Of a DNA stretch of 64,000 bases, positions 26,401-41,062 are shown one piece after another (position 1 is the first letter of the stretch; every line of letters starts with the position of its first letter). The DNA is taken from NCBI RefSeq assembly GCF_001194135.2, contig NC_069006.1, forward strand, positions 6,935,261 through 6,999,260, read 5' to 3'. The translations under genes were made by a program, and so were the position numbers. The stretch is from Octopus bimaculoides (taxonomy: Eukaryota). The notes beneath the pieces were generated by a model. The model searched no databases and was not told where the DNA came from. It worked only from the letters and a program-made list of their open reading frames with translations.

Positions 26401-29400
26401 CACATTAGTTGGTGTAGTCCTAAATTATCTCGGAAAAAAATTAGATGGTCACGGTTGGGATGTCTCTAATAACAGGTCTGCATGTTCAGAGGTGACCTGC
26501 GTCTGTGAAGTACACACACACATAGACAATGCACCTTTGTTAATATAAATACGTCCTAGTTAGAAAGGATTGTGTTAACCGGTGACAGAGGTTAATGTCA
26601 TATATGTTATTAGGTAAAATATATTTATTGATACATTTTTGAACGCACTAGTAAAAATATAGAAGATACTGTCAGTGTCACGTAAAAATAACATAAATCT
26701 TATAAAAAAATACGAGTGGGTACTCGTAGAAAATCCGTGGCTTTCTGGTTAATTACTTGTGGTTGCAAGAATTAATTGAACAAAATAGAAGGCTATAACT
26801 AAATATAATTTATACGTGGACAGTTAAACGTATGCACACTTCTATTCAGTTAAGCCAGTGATTCCCAACCATTTTTTACCTATGGACCCCTTTTGATTGT
26901 TGTTTTACTTGGATGGACCCTCAAACATTTGATGTTTAAAAAAAAATCCTGTTGTATTTTTATGGTTAAATATCATTAGGAACTGTATAAAAAAGAATAG
27001 TTAAAACATTTTGTGTATAGTAAAAGTATGACCAGTTTATTATACTTCATAAACTGGTTTATACTTTTACCATAATCTTATATGGACCCTGGTTGAGAAT
27101 CACTGGGCTAAACAAATGCCCTTTTAATGTTTCCAGGAAATACAGAGGTAGTGAAAGCTTCATAACTTGCAGTGTTTCTCATATGAAATGAGTGGAGCTG
27201 ACAAATTGCTGTGTTTAATAAAATTAAAATCAAAATAATTTCCAACTTGTCCAACACCATCATGAACAAAGAAAAATTTTAGGGATGCATTATGTTGTTA
27301 ATAATGAGGGGAGATTGAAAACATTTTCAGTTATATTGTCAAGTAGTGCTGTCATTTTGCATTTTATGAACCAGCAGCTCAGCCATCTAAATAACTTCTG
27401 TCAGTATTTACACAAAATTCACACATAACAAAAGTATTCTTTCAGTGGGGACAGACGAAGAGGACACACTATAATTTACATTGGTTGATTGGAATGAAGT
27501 TGAAGAAGTAAGGCTTGTGATATAACCCTTTTCTACTATAAGCACAAGGCCTGAAATTTGGGGGGGGGGACCAGTCAATTAGATTGACCCTAGTGCGCAA
27601 CTGGTACTTAATTTATTGACCCTGAAAGGATGAAAGGCAAACTCAACATCAGTGGAATTTGAACTCAGAACGTAAAGACAGACGAAATACCTACTGGGGG
27701 CCACAGTCTTGAATTGTTTAGTCAAGTACTTATTCTATCAGGCTTTTTTGCCAAAGTGTTATGGGGGCCTAAACAAATCAACACTAGTTATCAAATAATG
27801 GGGTGACAAACTCAACACATGCATACATATATATTACTCATACACATACAACAGGCTTTCACGCAGTTTCCATCTACTAAATCACTCCCAAGGCATTGAT
27901 CAGTCCAGCCTTATGGAAGAAAACCCTTGCCCAAGGTACCATACTGTGGGACTGAACCCAAAAGCCTTGTGTTAAAGTGGGCTTTGCTGACCCTCACTTT
28001 CTGTTGACAAACCAAAGCGTGAATTGATGTTGTCAAGAAATTTTTGTATAAATGAAAATTTGAGTTTCTTGGACAGTCATTTTTGTTTAGGAACATATTC
28101 TGCATCTTCTGGCCTGATTCTGACATCAACATCTTTTCCATTTGAAGAATATGTTGAAAATTCCTTGCTTTGACTCTCTCAAAATCATATTCCAGCTCTA
28201 TATCATTAAGAGGGTTATTTTTTTCCAAACCATTGGCTCGAAAGCACTGGCACAAAGTCACCCCTCCCAATTAAGGGGTCTTTTTGTCTTGCAAATTACT
28301 TGGTGATCCTGTCTGTGATGATGCCACTTTGTAAAGTGGTTGGCATTAAGAAGGGCATCCAGCAACAATGGAGCCTGGTGTGACTCAGCCTTGCTCGCTC
28401 CTGTCAAACTGTTCAGCTCATGCCAGCATGGAAACTGGATGTTAAATGATGATGATGATGGCTAGAGTGGTAGTCTACTCTGGGTAACTGATGCCTTTCA
28501 AAGTTCATCCATGTAGTGACCTCACCACCACCACTGCCTTTTAACATTCATATTTCTCTGTCGAATGTAATATTTATTTATTCACATTGCTTTTAATAAA
28601 TCATGCATTATCTTTTAAATTCAAGATTTTGATGATGTGATTGTTTATTTTTAGAATGACATTGTAGTGTTGGTGTGAGATGCCAGATCTAGCCATTTTA
28701 AACAAAACAATGTAAAATATTTGGGTCAGATATGTCCAGTTTAAATGCTAAAGGATTAAATAGAGCACATCATGTTTATTTGTACAGCAGCACTAAGGTT
28801 GACAAGTATTCCTTAATTTACGACCAGGTGTCAAGACAAAAACACTCCTGTATATGATAGACCCCTTTTTCAGTTTCCCTCTACCAAATTCATTCACAAG
28901 GCTCTTGTCAGCCCATGGCTACAGTAGAAAACACTTGACAAAGGTGCTGTGCAGTGGAACTGTGACCAAGTGATTGTGAAACAAACTTTTTAACCCCATA
29001 ACCATGCCTGTCTATGTTGAAAATAATAATAATAATAATCTTAATACTAATGGTTTCAAATTTTGGTACAAGGCCAGCAATTTCAGTGTTCAGTACTTAA
29101 TTTATCGACTCCGAAAGGATGACAGGCTAAGTCAGCTCCAGTGGCATTTGAACTCAGTTGGAAGAAATGCCACTTAGCATTTTTCCTAGTACGGTAATGA
29201 TTCTGCTAGCTCACTGCCTTGACGATAATTATGAAATAATTGCTAATATTTTAAACATTATAAATACCAAGCTGTTGTAGATGAAAGCAGCAAGCATAAT
29301 ACTGTATATTTTTTTTTTTTAATATTTTGTTTTTAGAAAGACACATCAAGATGAGGTGGAAAAATATACGTACCACTTATGCCCGGGAGTGTCGAAAATC

Positions 29401-32400
29401 AGAAAGTCGTACTGAGGACGGTAGCGACTATGTATCAAAATGGGCTTTCATTGACCGTTTGGGTTTTATCAAAGACTTCATCAAGTCACGTGCTCCTTAC
29501 AACTGTTCCAATAACTTCAGGCTGTCTACTCTTACTACTGTATCTTCAGACCAAACAGATGTTTACCAGGTAGGTGAAGAATTTACTGGAATAATTTACT
29601 TTGGGATCAGCTAACTTACCAGTTTTCAGTCAAACGAGCCAACCCATGCCAGCATGGAAAACAGACGTTAATTGATGATGATGAGAATGTTGCTGACATG
29701 GGTTGGACAAGACTTGATGACGTTTATATCCCAGTGTACCACCATCCTAGAGATTTCAGTGTGAAAACAAGCACACACATCCACAGTGCTGGTGCCATGT
29801 ATAAAGCACTGGTGCTGGTGCCACATAAGTAGTACCCAGTACTCTCTGTAAAGTGGTCAGCATTAGGAAGAGCATCCAGCCGTAAAAACCATGCTGAAAC
29901 AGACAATTGGAGCCTGGTGTGGTTCCCGGCCTTACCAGCTCCTGTCAGACCATCCAACCCATGCCAGCATGGAAAGCAGACATTAAATGATGATGATGAC
30001 ATTATACAACTGATTTCTATACACTTCCCATGGACCAAATTTCACTTACACAGTATTGGTCATCTCAAGGTTTTAGTTGAAGGTACTTTCCCAACATGCT
30101 GTGCAGTGGGACCGATCCCCAAATCTCATGGTTGCAAAGCAAGCTTCTTAACCACATGGCCATGCCTGAGCCTGGGAGCATTGTCTAATGCTGCGTTTCT
30201 CAACCCTTTTTTACCTATAGATCCCTTATGATTCCTATTTTGCTCCGAGGGACCTTCATGGCCATTCAGTGTTTAACAAATTCTATTATATTTTTATAAT
30301 TAAATATTGTTAGGAATCATATTTAAATTCAAATATTTTGAGTATTGTAGAATTATAAGCAATTAATTAAGCATAAATTCTCACAGCAAAACCCTGGTTG
30401 AGAATCACTCTGGTCTAAGGATTGAGTTTCATTAGCTTATAGCCTCAGATTTTAGTTTCGTCCTTGTTATAATCAGAAGCAGCTGAACCTCGCTAAGCTA
30501 CTATACTATAGATAGATTGCCTTGAGACAGTGGTTAGGGTATTGGACTCATGCTCATGAGATGGTGGTTTCAATTCCTGGGCTGGGTGATGCATTATGTC
30601 CTTGAGCAAAACACTTCATTTCACATTACTTCAGTCCATTTATCTGGCAAAAATGAGTAATCCTGTGAGGGACTGGTGTCCCACCTTGAGACTTCTTAGG
30701 CCCTAACATAGATATGCTACCTGGAGCTAGTCTTCTATGCAAAAGGTTATGAACTTCAATTCAGTGTTATTTTAATCAAATGTTTGTATATATTGGCTTC
30801 CTGATCTTTGACTGATATAGAATATTTTCTCAGACTCTTTCAGATGATGACATCGAAGAAGAGGACGACGACGATTTGGTTGTCTGTTTAACGGAACCAT
30901 TTAAAGATGACAACACGACTCAGAAATCAAATCATCAGGACATGTGGGACTCGGATGATAAGAAAAGCATCTGGATATCGGAAGGTGTGAGCTTAGCAAA
31001 CAATGCGAGTGATTTGAAAAATATAGACGGGAGCAAAAACAATTTAACTGAGTCATGGATTGTTCAGGAAAGAGTCAGTCCTCATCGAGACTGGCGGGTT
31101 GAAGAAAGAAATAGCGGGAGTCCTTCAGAAATGTGGAGAAAAGACAATCGAGAAAGTCACCCGTCGGATGTCGCTACAGACAACCTTCATAATAACAACT
31201 GTACTGATTCATCTGGTGACATTCAAGTTGGAAATATCACCTACATGCACAACATTAAAAATCCTCAGTCAGAAAAAAACAGTCATGGAATTGAAGACTA
31301 CCAGCAGACTGATACCGTTTCTCTTGCAGAAACATTGTCTTTGAACAATAAAGTGTCTTGGAGTAAAGACAAGGAAAGTGAACTTATTGCATTTTTTGAA
31401 GGTATGTTTTTTTTTTTTCTTTCATTTTTCATACTTGATTTTACATCTGTTTTTTCAATGGTAGTATGAGTTAGATGAATATATTACCGAAGTGTTGTTT
31501 TACAGGCCAGTATAGACATTATTAAATGATGATGATGAGAATGATGGTACCCGTCTTGTCATTAACCCTTAACTGTTTTTCAAGTAAGGGATCTGTTATT
31601 CTACACATGTTGAAAGGAGCAAAAACCAGTGGAGGATTGTTGACAGAAGAAATGACAACATCCCTACTTGTAGCTCAGAGATTTTCAAAAAAGCACAAAC
31701 ACACGTACATGCATGCATGCGAGTAAGTGTGTAACTGGCTTCTTCAACCAAATCCACTCACAAGGCTTTGGTTGGCCTGGGGCCACAGTAGAAGACACAT
31801 GCCCAAGGTGCTGCACAATAGGACTGAACTTAAAACCATGTGGTTGGGAAGTGAACTTCTTCACCAGACAACCATCATTCATTTCTCGTTAGTCGCATCT
31901 TTACATAATTTTATTTTCACCTTTTATATCTCAAATGGAAATCAGTCACCTAAGCCTCTATATGGTTGCTAGACTTGCTAGAGATAGCAGCTAAAATTGC
32001 CCCCAAGTCTCGCCCCATCATTTTATAATCAGGTACATATTGGATAATATAGTCTGGAATACACACTGCCAGTAAAATAATGAGACAGCCATGGCTGGAG
32101 TGCCTCCTATCATAGATCTTCTTGATTAGGGTACATCTAGAATTAAACAGCCCATACCATTCTAGTGTTCCTGTCATTAAATCTAAATTTTATTTTAAAA
32201 CTATTTTCAAGCTGGCCAGATCTGGCCTCTTACACCAACCCTACAATATCATTTTGAAAATAAACAATTGCATCATCGAATTCTCAAAGCTATGAGTTAA
32301 TGCATGATTAATGAAAACAATGTGAATAAATAAGCATTACTTTTAAGAGAATTATGTGAACGCTAGAGGGTTAAACATTTCAGGTATTCATTGATGATGT

Positions 32401-35400
32401 GGACCCATACACTCTTTAGAAGTCCTTGTTGGCCTATGCTATACGTCTTTAACCCTTTAACAATACCCACCTCAAATATTCTACCTGTTTTATGTTCAGA
32501 CCAGCCACATCTGGTCTCTCACTTCAGTCTTACAATGTCATTCTGAAAATGAACAATCCCATAATTGAAATCTCAAAACTACAAGATAATGCATGATTTA
32601 GTTGAAAACAATGTGAATAGATAAGCATTACATCTGACACAGTAATCTGAATGCTAAAGGGTTAACTACCTTATATTGGCTGGTACTTAACCTCCAAACA
32701 AATTAACGATTAGTGCTGTTTGCAATCAGCTGTTGTTGTTTAACCCCAAGTAAACTCTATAAAAGTAGGCCTTTGATCTAAAGTGTTCTGTGAACATCCG
32801 TTCTCTCTCTATCTATGAGTATATTAATCCTTTCATTTTTTAAAACAACAGAGTATGATTTAATATGGTTGGCTGTTATTTTTAGCAGGTCAAATAACTG
32901 TATAGAAGCTCCTCTGTTGCCTTGTTCTCATTCATCCTGAATCGCTTGGTAGTCAGTGTTTAAGGAGGACAAGGTGACAGAGTATTGGAGAGGGATGGGT
33001 GAACCAAATATTTTATAAGAGGGTTTTAGTGTGTAAGACAGGGAGCATGGTAGGAGTAGACTAGAGATTCACTTTGTTTTGTGATGATCCAAGAACATGG
33101 TATTGATAATAAACCTCGATAATGGTGAAATATTGATATCTACCATCATCATCATCATCATCGTTTAACGTCCGCCTTCCATGCTAGCATGGGTTGGACG
33201 ATTTGACTGAGGACTGGTGAACCGGATGGCTGCACCAGGCTCCAATTTGGTCTGGCAGAGTTTCTACAGCTGGATGTCCTTCTTAATGCCAACCACTCCG
33301 AGAGTGTAGTGGGTGCTTTTACATGCCACCGGCATGAAGGCCAGTCAGGCGGTACTTCCGTGGCAAGTTGTCTCACCTGGTCTGTGGCATTCAAATAGTC
33401 TTTAGCACTTGGAATCATTCGGGGAGCTTTTCCCAGATACTGTCTCACACCAAGTTTGGCATATAAACAAAACATATACACTGTGTGTGTGCATGCCTGT
33501 GTGCAACCAATAATATCTACCTTGCTAGAGCTGACTGTAATTCATAATTTAATGTGTGTGTGTCCTTGCTTTGACATAACATGATAGTTGTAAGCAAATG
33601 TCTCCATCATGCAATGCAGTGTCCTTCATTTCCAATTTCCCATGAAAAACATGTCTGATCATGGAGAAAACAGGAAGGGCATCAGACAGTAGAAAAATTC
33701 ACCTACAAACTCCATCAACCATGGAAAAGTGGACTTTAAAACAATGATGATGTCTCAGGTTTTACATTTAATATATCATTCAACATACATCTGATTCCTT
33801 ATCCATGTTATTCTGCTGACACTGCTTCAGGGAATACATTGTGTCCTGTCTTTAGTATTTTAATTCACTTCGTCTTAAAACTTCATATTAAAAAAAAGTC
33901 TTCTATGTTTTTACAGTTGGGTATCTTAACAACTTCATCATTGTCTTTTTTTTTTCTTCTGCTTTCTCAGGTCACCGGTTCTTATGGGACCACTCTCATC
34001 CGGATTATTTCAACCGAGATCTACGAGACTGTATGATACGGGAGTTAAGTTCTAAATTGGGTCATGATCGAAATGGACAACCTTATACAGGTATTTAGTG
34101 TTTTAAATGTCATACTACAAGATGTAGCCCTATATTTGTCTAGAAATGGATTGAGCACTATCCTGATCATTTACATTTCTACCCCCCGCCCCCCATAATC
34201 ACTCTCTTTCCTCCTTCATGCTCTCTCTTCAACATGGATGCTTGATACATGGAATCAGCACAGATGCCTTTTATGTGCCACCAGCACAGGTACCTTTTAC
34301 GTGCCACCAGCACAGGTGCCTTTTACTTGACACCAGTTTGGGTGCCTTTTAAGTGTCACCAGCGCGGGTGCCTTTTACGTGGCACAGGCGCCGTTTACAT
34401 GCCACCAGCATGGGTGCTTTCTACGTGACACCAGCACAAGTGCTTTTTGTTTGTGTATGTGTGTTGCATATTTTATATGTATATTTGTATTTCTTGTTCA
34501 TGCGTGTGTGTGTTATATGTGTTCTGTGTGTATTTTCATGGCAGATGGTTTCATAAGGCAAAGATGGAAGAACCTACGGACAACTTTTGCTCGAGAATTA
34601 AAGAAGATTGAACACCACAGCAAACACAACCAGGAAACTCCTTACATTTCACGGTGGGCACATACGGAACGACTGTCTTTCCTGAAAGATTGTTTAAAAG
34701 CACGAGGTCATTTAAAAGTAATTCCTCATCTACAGAATAACATAGATGTATGTCATGTGAGTTGGATAATGTTTCTGTTTGGTTTTTGACTCTTACTGCA
34801 TCATCACCATCATCATCATCGTCGTCATCATCACATCACCTTTAACCTCACTTCAATTTTTGTATGCTGTCAAGTATCAAAAAAGTTTGCTTATTTTGCA
34901 TTTAACCTTTCTTTGTGGTTATCATCATTAGCATCGTCATCATCATCATCATCATCATCTGTCTATTTCATTGCTTGCTTGTGTTGTTGAAGGATGATGT
35001 CTTACCGCCTGTTTCTATCACTTGTCATCTCCTTTGTGAGATTCAGCTCCCTGAAATCGATTCTGTGGGCTCCTTCCACTTGCTGAAATGTTTAAGAGTG
35101 GTGAAAATAGCTTGTGTGGTTAAGGGGTTAGATTAGGTACTTTATAGTGCCTTGTCTTGACCTGTTGCTTTAAAAGCTGCCAAATTTTAGCTGGTCAAAA
35201 TGGTGAGAAACATTCCAGTGTTGGGTCCTATGGGTGATTATCTAATGTGCCCTTCCTTTTTTTTTTAAAGATGGGAGTTGTGATTCAAAGCAGATTTAGC
35301 TGCTATTCTTGGCAACTCAGTGGATCAAATCTGTTGAGGTAACACATTGTCTAGACTCAGCTGTATGTAGCACAGCCTTGTTTAGTTTTACTGCTGTCAA

Positions 35401-36796
35401 CAGTGGCAGCACTATGAAAGTGACATGTGTTTTTGTCAGTGCCAAGATCAAAAGTTACTTTTGGTTGGTGCTGATGATGATGATGTTTAGCCCAAGGCTA
35501 GCCCTCATATTGAGCAGATCTGTGATTAAAGGCATTTAAGTATAATACTTTGTTTTGTTTTTTTTTCTTTCTGTCTATTTAGAAGTCCCTGGGACTGCAT
35601 TATTAAGTGTGACTTTAAGCCAGTAGGACATCAGCTTCCCAAACTGTGTGTCATTGTCATAAAATTCACACTGGTCTGATTGGTTACATGTCACATGATA
35701 TTTTATTTGAAAACAAGTTTGGAAAGTTCTGTGGTAGAGTGTGATTTGAAATAGATTTAACTGCTGTTTCTAACAGGTTGAACATCTTTACATGAATACT
35801 TTGTTGAAAGGGATGAGTGTTACGCAATTTCATTTTTCCTTCACATTATCATTTTGTGCTTCTTTTTTTGGACCTTAAGAAATTAATATCTCTGAATCTT
35901 AAATTTTTTTTCTTCTTTTTTTCCATATTTATTTCCAGACTTATTCCTTATCTGATGATTCCGATGTAGGCAACGATTCCATAGCTTGGCCGTCTGAACA
36001 GTTTGTCGAAGATGAAACACATAATTTTGAACAACTCTCAAGAACAAAGCGGTTGGACACCAACCCCGTGATAAACTCCCTCGATTTATTGTCAGACGAC
36101 AACAACATTGGAGGTGGAGGAGGAGGAGGAGGTGGTGGTGGCAGTGGAGGTAATATTAGTATTAATGGCACTGTACAGAATTTCTCAGCATCAACAACGA
36201 AAAAACGATGTCGGTCGGATGATATGGACTTGAAAGACGACTTCCTCAAGGAAGCCTGGAGGATTTTCAACCTGAAAGAACGGCATGACCCTGAGGACTT
36301 GTTCGGTATGCATGTAGCAGGGACATTACGACGAATGCAACCGCTGCAGAGAGAGAAAGCCAAACTAGACATTCAGGGCATTTTGTTACAACACTGCTTC
36401 TCAAAAGCTGATCAATAAATTCCACATATATTTCACTATAAGTGCACTGCCTTAATCAATATTGATGTTTTCTGGTTAAATGTTCATATGATCTTTTCTC
36501 TTTTTGCATGTACATATTGTTTTGTTTCTGTTTTTCTTTTTTCCCAAAATGTTTTTTTGATTATAGGTCTGCTAAATCAACGCTAACCAGGATCTAAACA
36601 GCACATGAAAATACATGGTGGACCATTCCATTTCAGAGTTAAGGGTCCAGAATTGAAACACAATACTGGAACCAATGATTCAGTCATCCATGCTGGACTT
36701 AACTCTCAACATCTACAACACCACATTTATCAACCAGCCCTCTGTGTCTGTGTCTAATTTGTATTTATTTGTACATTATACAATTATGTGTGTGTG

Positions 36797-36869
<73 letters not shown>

Positions 36870-39800
36870 GATAATTAAGTGGCTTGTGGGTTGGCAGTTT
36901 CATGCAAGGCATTTATCAAAGTTTCATTAAAATAATTGTTAATTTGATAAGGGTATTGCTTGAAACTCTTTACCCTTAAGTCACTTTTTGTAATTTACTA
37001 ATCAGACACAATTACAGTTGTCAGAGTAAATAAGGGATTAAGAAATAAAGCATAAAGTCTCTTACAGCTGTTTCTAGAATAGTTGTGCATAGTTCATTGA
37101 GTAAAGATTTCCATAAAAAAAAACCAACTATTCCATCTTCAGAGAGGAAGAATTAAGGAATATCCTTAATAAGTGATACTAGTAGTTTCCATTTCCATTG
37201 TCAAAGAGAGAAAGTGCACTTACACACATACTTGTTACCTTATGTCATTAGACAATTTTTTTCACGTGTTCTCTCTCTCTCTCTACATATATATGTATAA
37301 TATCATGTGTGCTTTGTATTTGAATGTTGAAATGTTAAATATTTGTGTTAAGTTGATGAAAACCTCTTGAACTACCTAACTTACATTACTTCACCACACT
37401 TGTATCATTCATGCTATATGCCATCCCTTTGTTAACTCATAACTGTCTTTTTGTTCTCTAAACTTCTTTGATTTGTTGTAGAAGAACCAAGGTTTGAATC
37501 TCACTCAAATGAGCTGCTGGCCGGACTTCGGCCTCTTAGTAATTGTCTACCGTTAATACAGGAATTGAAAGGGAAATAATACATTTGGTAGAAATCTTTG
37601 ACTTCCTGACTGATGAATTATCTGAGCTTGGGTATAGGTTTGTCACAAATATATACACATGTATATGTATACTCTTTTTATTCATTTTAACGCAAATTAT
37701 GTAACTTTTGTTTCAACTTGATCTTAATGGTTTTACTCTTTAAGAAACACACAACTTTTCTGGTACCAATTCATTTAAAATGTATTTGTTGTCATTATTG
37801 TTTGTCTTTTGTTTCATTTTGTTTTTGTATATCCACAATGTGTTTGTTTATATTTAAAAAATAAAAAGCTAGAATATCAACAACTTGTGCTTTTTAGACA
37901 TTTTGTTAAAAAATTATTAATTTTTAGGATCGTTTTTAATTTAAAGTCATCAAAAAAATTTTCAAATGTTAGTTAAGATAATTAATATAATACAGGTAAC
38001 TTTTAGTTTCCTGGAGTTTATTGGCAAGTCAAAAATCTGTTTAGTCCTTATTCTTTGTTACTAACAGACTGGTTTCAAATTTTGGCACAAGGCTAGCGAT
38101 TTCAGTTACATCAACCTCCAAAAAGATGAAAGGCAAATTTGCCCTTGGTGGAATTTGAGCTCAGAATGCAGAGACAGTATATATTTGAGTATGTATATGT
38201 ACTGTGAAGCATTTTGCTCAGCGTGCTAATGATTCCGCCAGCCCACCACCTTTGCTATTAATGTACTGACTAGAAGCAATGTATACTTTAGTGGCCAGAT
38301 TTAAAAAAAAAAAAGAAAGAATAAAACCATAGATGGCATTTCAAACAAGCAGAAGTTGGTAAGATGTACCATGCTTTCACAAATTGTTTTAGGTGCCTGT
38401 GTAGTCATGAGCAAACAGATACTCTCTTAGCTCTGCTATCCCTTGACACAGCATAACATCCAAGATGTGACAGTTATAGGGAGAGGGCCTGGCTGCATCA
38501 GCCCTTGACTGATATTTATTTTCAAAATGTGAAATGATGTACTTTGCTCACGGACAAATGCTACCCTGTTCAGTAATTGAACTCAGGCTCTTGTGATTGT
38601 GATTCCAACTCCCTACTAGCCCATATGCTTCCATAGGCTAGGTAAACTGCTAGAGAAAAAGCTTAGTCATTCATTTTAAACTTGGAGTGGGAATATTTGT
38701 TACACTCAGCTGAAAAAAATATACCATTCTGAAATTGTAGGAGGAACAGATTTAAATAACTGACCAAGACCTTTGGCATTATGTTGTACTTGAGAAGAAG
38801 ACCCGAGTTGAGTAAAATCAAATTCGTGGAAGATACCAATGTCATGCAAATGGCATCATCCGTGCCAGTGGCACATAAAAGCACCCATTACACTCTCAGA
38901 GTGGTTGGCATTAGGAAGGGCATCCAGCTGTAGAAAACCATGCCAAATCAGACTGGAGTCTGGTGCAGCCTTCCACTGTGCCAGCCCAGTCAAACCGTCC
39001 AACCCATGCCAGCATTGACAACAGATGTTAAATGATGCTATCTAACTATTGAAATCTATTTTCACCATTTCCTAGCTGTGAAGTAGAGAAATACTATGTT
39101 TGTAGAAACTTGATTGTAGTCTAAACAAGTGGTTCTCTGCCATGTTTTACCCAGGGACCCCTTTAATTCCTATTTGGCTCAGATGGACTCTCATAGCCAT
39201 TCAATGTTTAAAAAGTCCCATTATAGTTTTACAATTAAATATCATTAAGAATTGTATAAAGAAAATTGTTAAGATATCTTATGTAGAAGTATAACCAATT
39301 TATTGCTCATAAATTTTAGTAGAAATGTCTTATATGGACCCCCAACTATGGTCCAATGGGCTAGAACGTTACTAATCAATGAAATCTGTATTATTTAGTA
39401 TCACATAATAAACATTGTCCTTCAAACTGTATTAACATAAATGTAGTTGTAACATGAGTAATTAATAATCTAGATGATAATTAAAACAGGTTAATTATTC
39501 TAGTTGCCTTGTCAGTTCCTTATTTATTGTTTGTCTTTTTGTGAAAAAGTTTTTCTTTTTTTTTTGTGTGTGTGTGTATGTGTTTTTTGTCTTTCTTGGT
39601 ATTGAATTACATATTTTGGGTAAAAATGTTGCATTAAATTCTGTTTCCCCTATTTTTAACAGCTTGAAATGAGCAGTGGAAATGGATTTGGGTGCAGTTT
39701 AAAAGGGTTTCGTCGTCTGACAAACTCAATGTAAGTAGTTTATGTACACAAGCTTTGTTACTCACTCTGCATAGTCCTCATCATCACCTACCATTACCAT

Positions 39801-41017
39801 CATTCTCATCAACTTTAATTTAAATGTGCCACTTCACACTTTGTAAGGTTCGAACTTTGTTATCAAGTGGTCACATGATCGGCCAAACTGTTGGATGTTG
39901 TTTAAACATCACTGGTCACCATGTGTTTTGCATTGTCTTCACTTTCAAATGACACCACTCCTGGTGGCTAGGCAAGCAGCCAACATTCACCCTGATCAGA
40001 AAACCAGTCCATCATAGGGTGACCCATTTACAGCTGAGTGGATTGGTGCAACATGAAATGAAGTGTCTTGCTCGAGCATAATGTGCCTCTTGGTCCAGGA
40101 ATCGAACCCATGATCTAGCAGTAGTGAGTACAATACCCTAACCACTAGGTCATGTGCCTTCACAACTTTGCTATAAGGTACCTTATTGGACATACATGGC
40201 TTCTCACACCAACAATGTCATTCTAAAAATAAACAATCACATTGAAGTCTCAAAGCTACAAGATAACGCATGATTAATTATAAACATTACATTTAGTAAT
40301 CTGAGGGCTAAGGGGTTAATGAATGTGCTAATTACTCACATTGTCAATCAGGGAGGGAACTGTCATCTCCAGTGGTTGTTGCAGTGCTGTCATCATCATC
40401 ATCATCATCATCGTCAACTGCTTTAAAGAGGAAGGAAATTATTTAAAAAGAAGCAACTACAGAGATAATGATTTGATGGATTAAGTTATAGAAGAGAAAC
40501 ATTTGTAGCTGTACTACTGGTTCTGTGGAGGATGAGATGTATCTTTTACTTGCCTCGTTCATTAGGCCATGGCCATGCTAGAGCATTTGCCTTGAACTAT
40601 TTTTAGTCAGATCAATCAGCCACAGTACTTTTTCTTTTTAAAGCCTAGTATTTATTCTATTGGCCTGTTATGCTGAACCACTAAGTTATAGGGGTTTAAA
40701 ACACACCAACACAGGTTGTCAAGCAGTGGTGGGCAGTGGGGAATACATACATACATATATATANNNNNNNNNNNNNNNNNNNNNNNNNNNNNNNNNNNNN
40801 NNNNNNNNNNNNNNNNNNNNNNNNNNNNNNNNNNNNNNNNNNNNNNNNNNNNNNNNNNNNNNNNNNNNNNNNNNNNNNNNNNNNNNNNNNNNNNNNNNNN
40901 NNNNNNNNNNNNNNNNNNNNNNNNNNNNNNNNGGTTTCACCAGTCCTCAGTCAAATCGTCCAACCCATGCTAGCATGGAAAGCGGACGTTAAACGATGAT
41001 GAAGATGATGATGATGA

Positions 41018-41062
<45 letters not shown>

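Noticed and set aside
27911-28270. 119-aa minus-strand ORF
   Set aside because: Both ends lie in repeats, with no motif or splice support; the unique middle part is not recognisable
31060-31344. 94-aa alternative-frame ORF in MADF exon 4
   Set aside because: It overlaps the frame required by both flanking splice phases and has no recognisable motif
35941-36372. 143-aa minus-strand ORF with poly-Pro
   Set aside because: Antisense shadow of the poly-Gly/BESS exon
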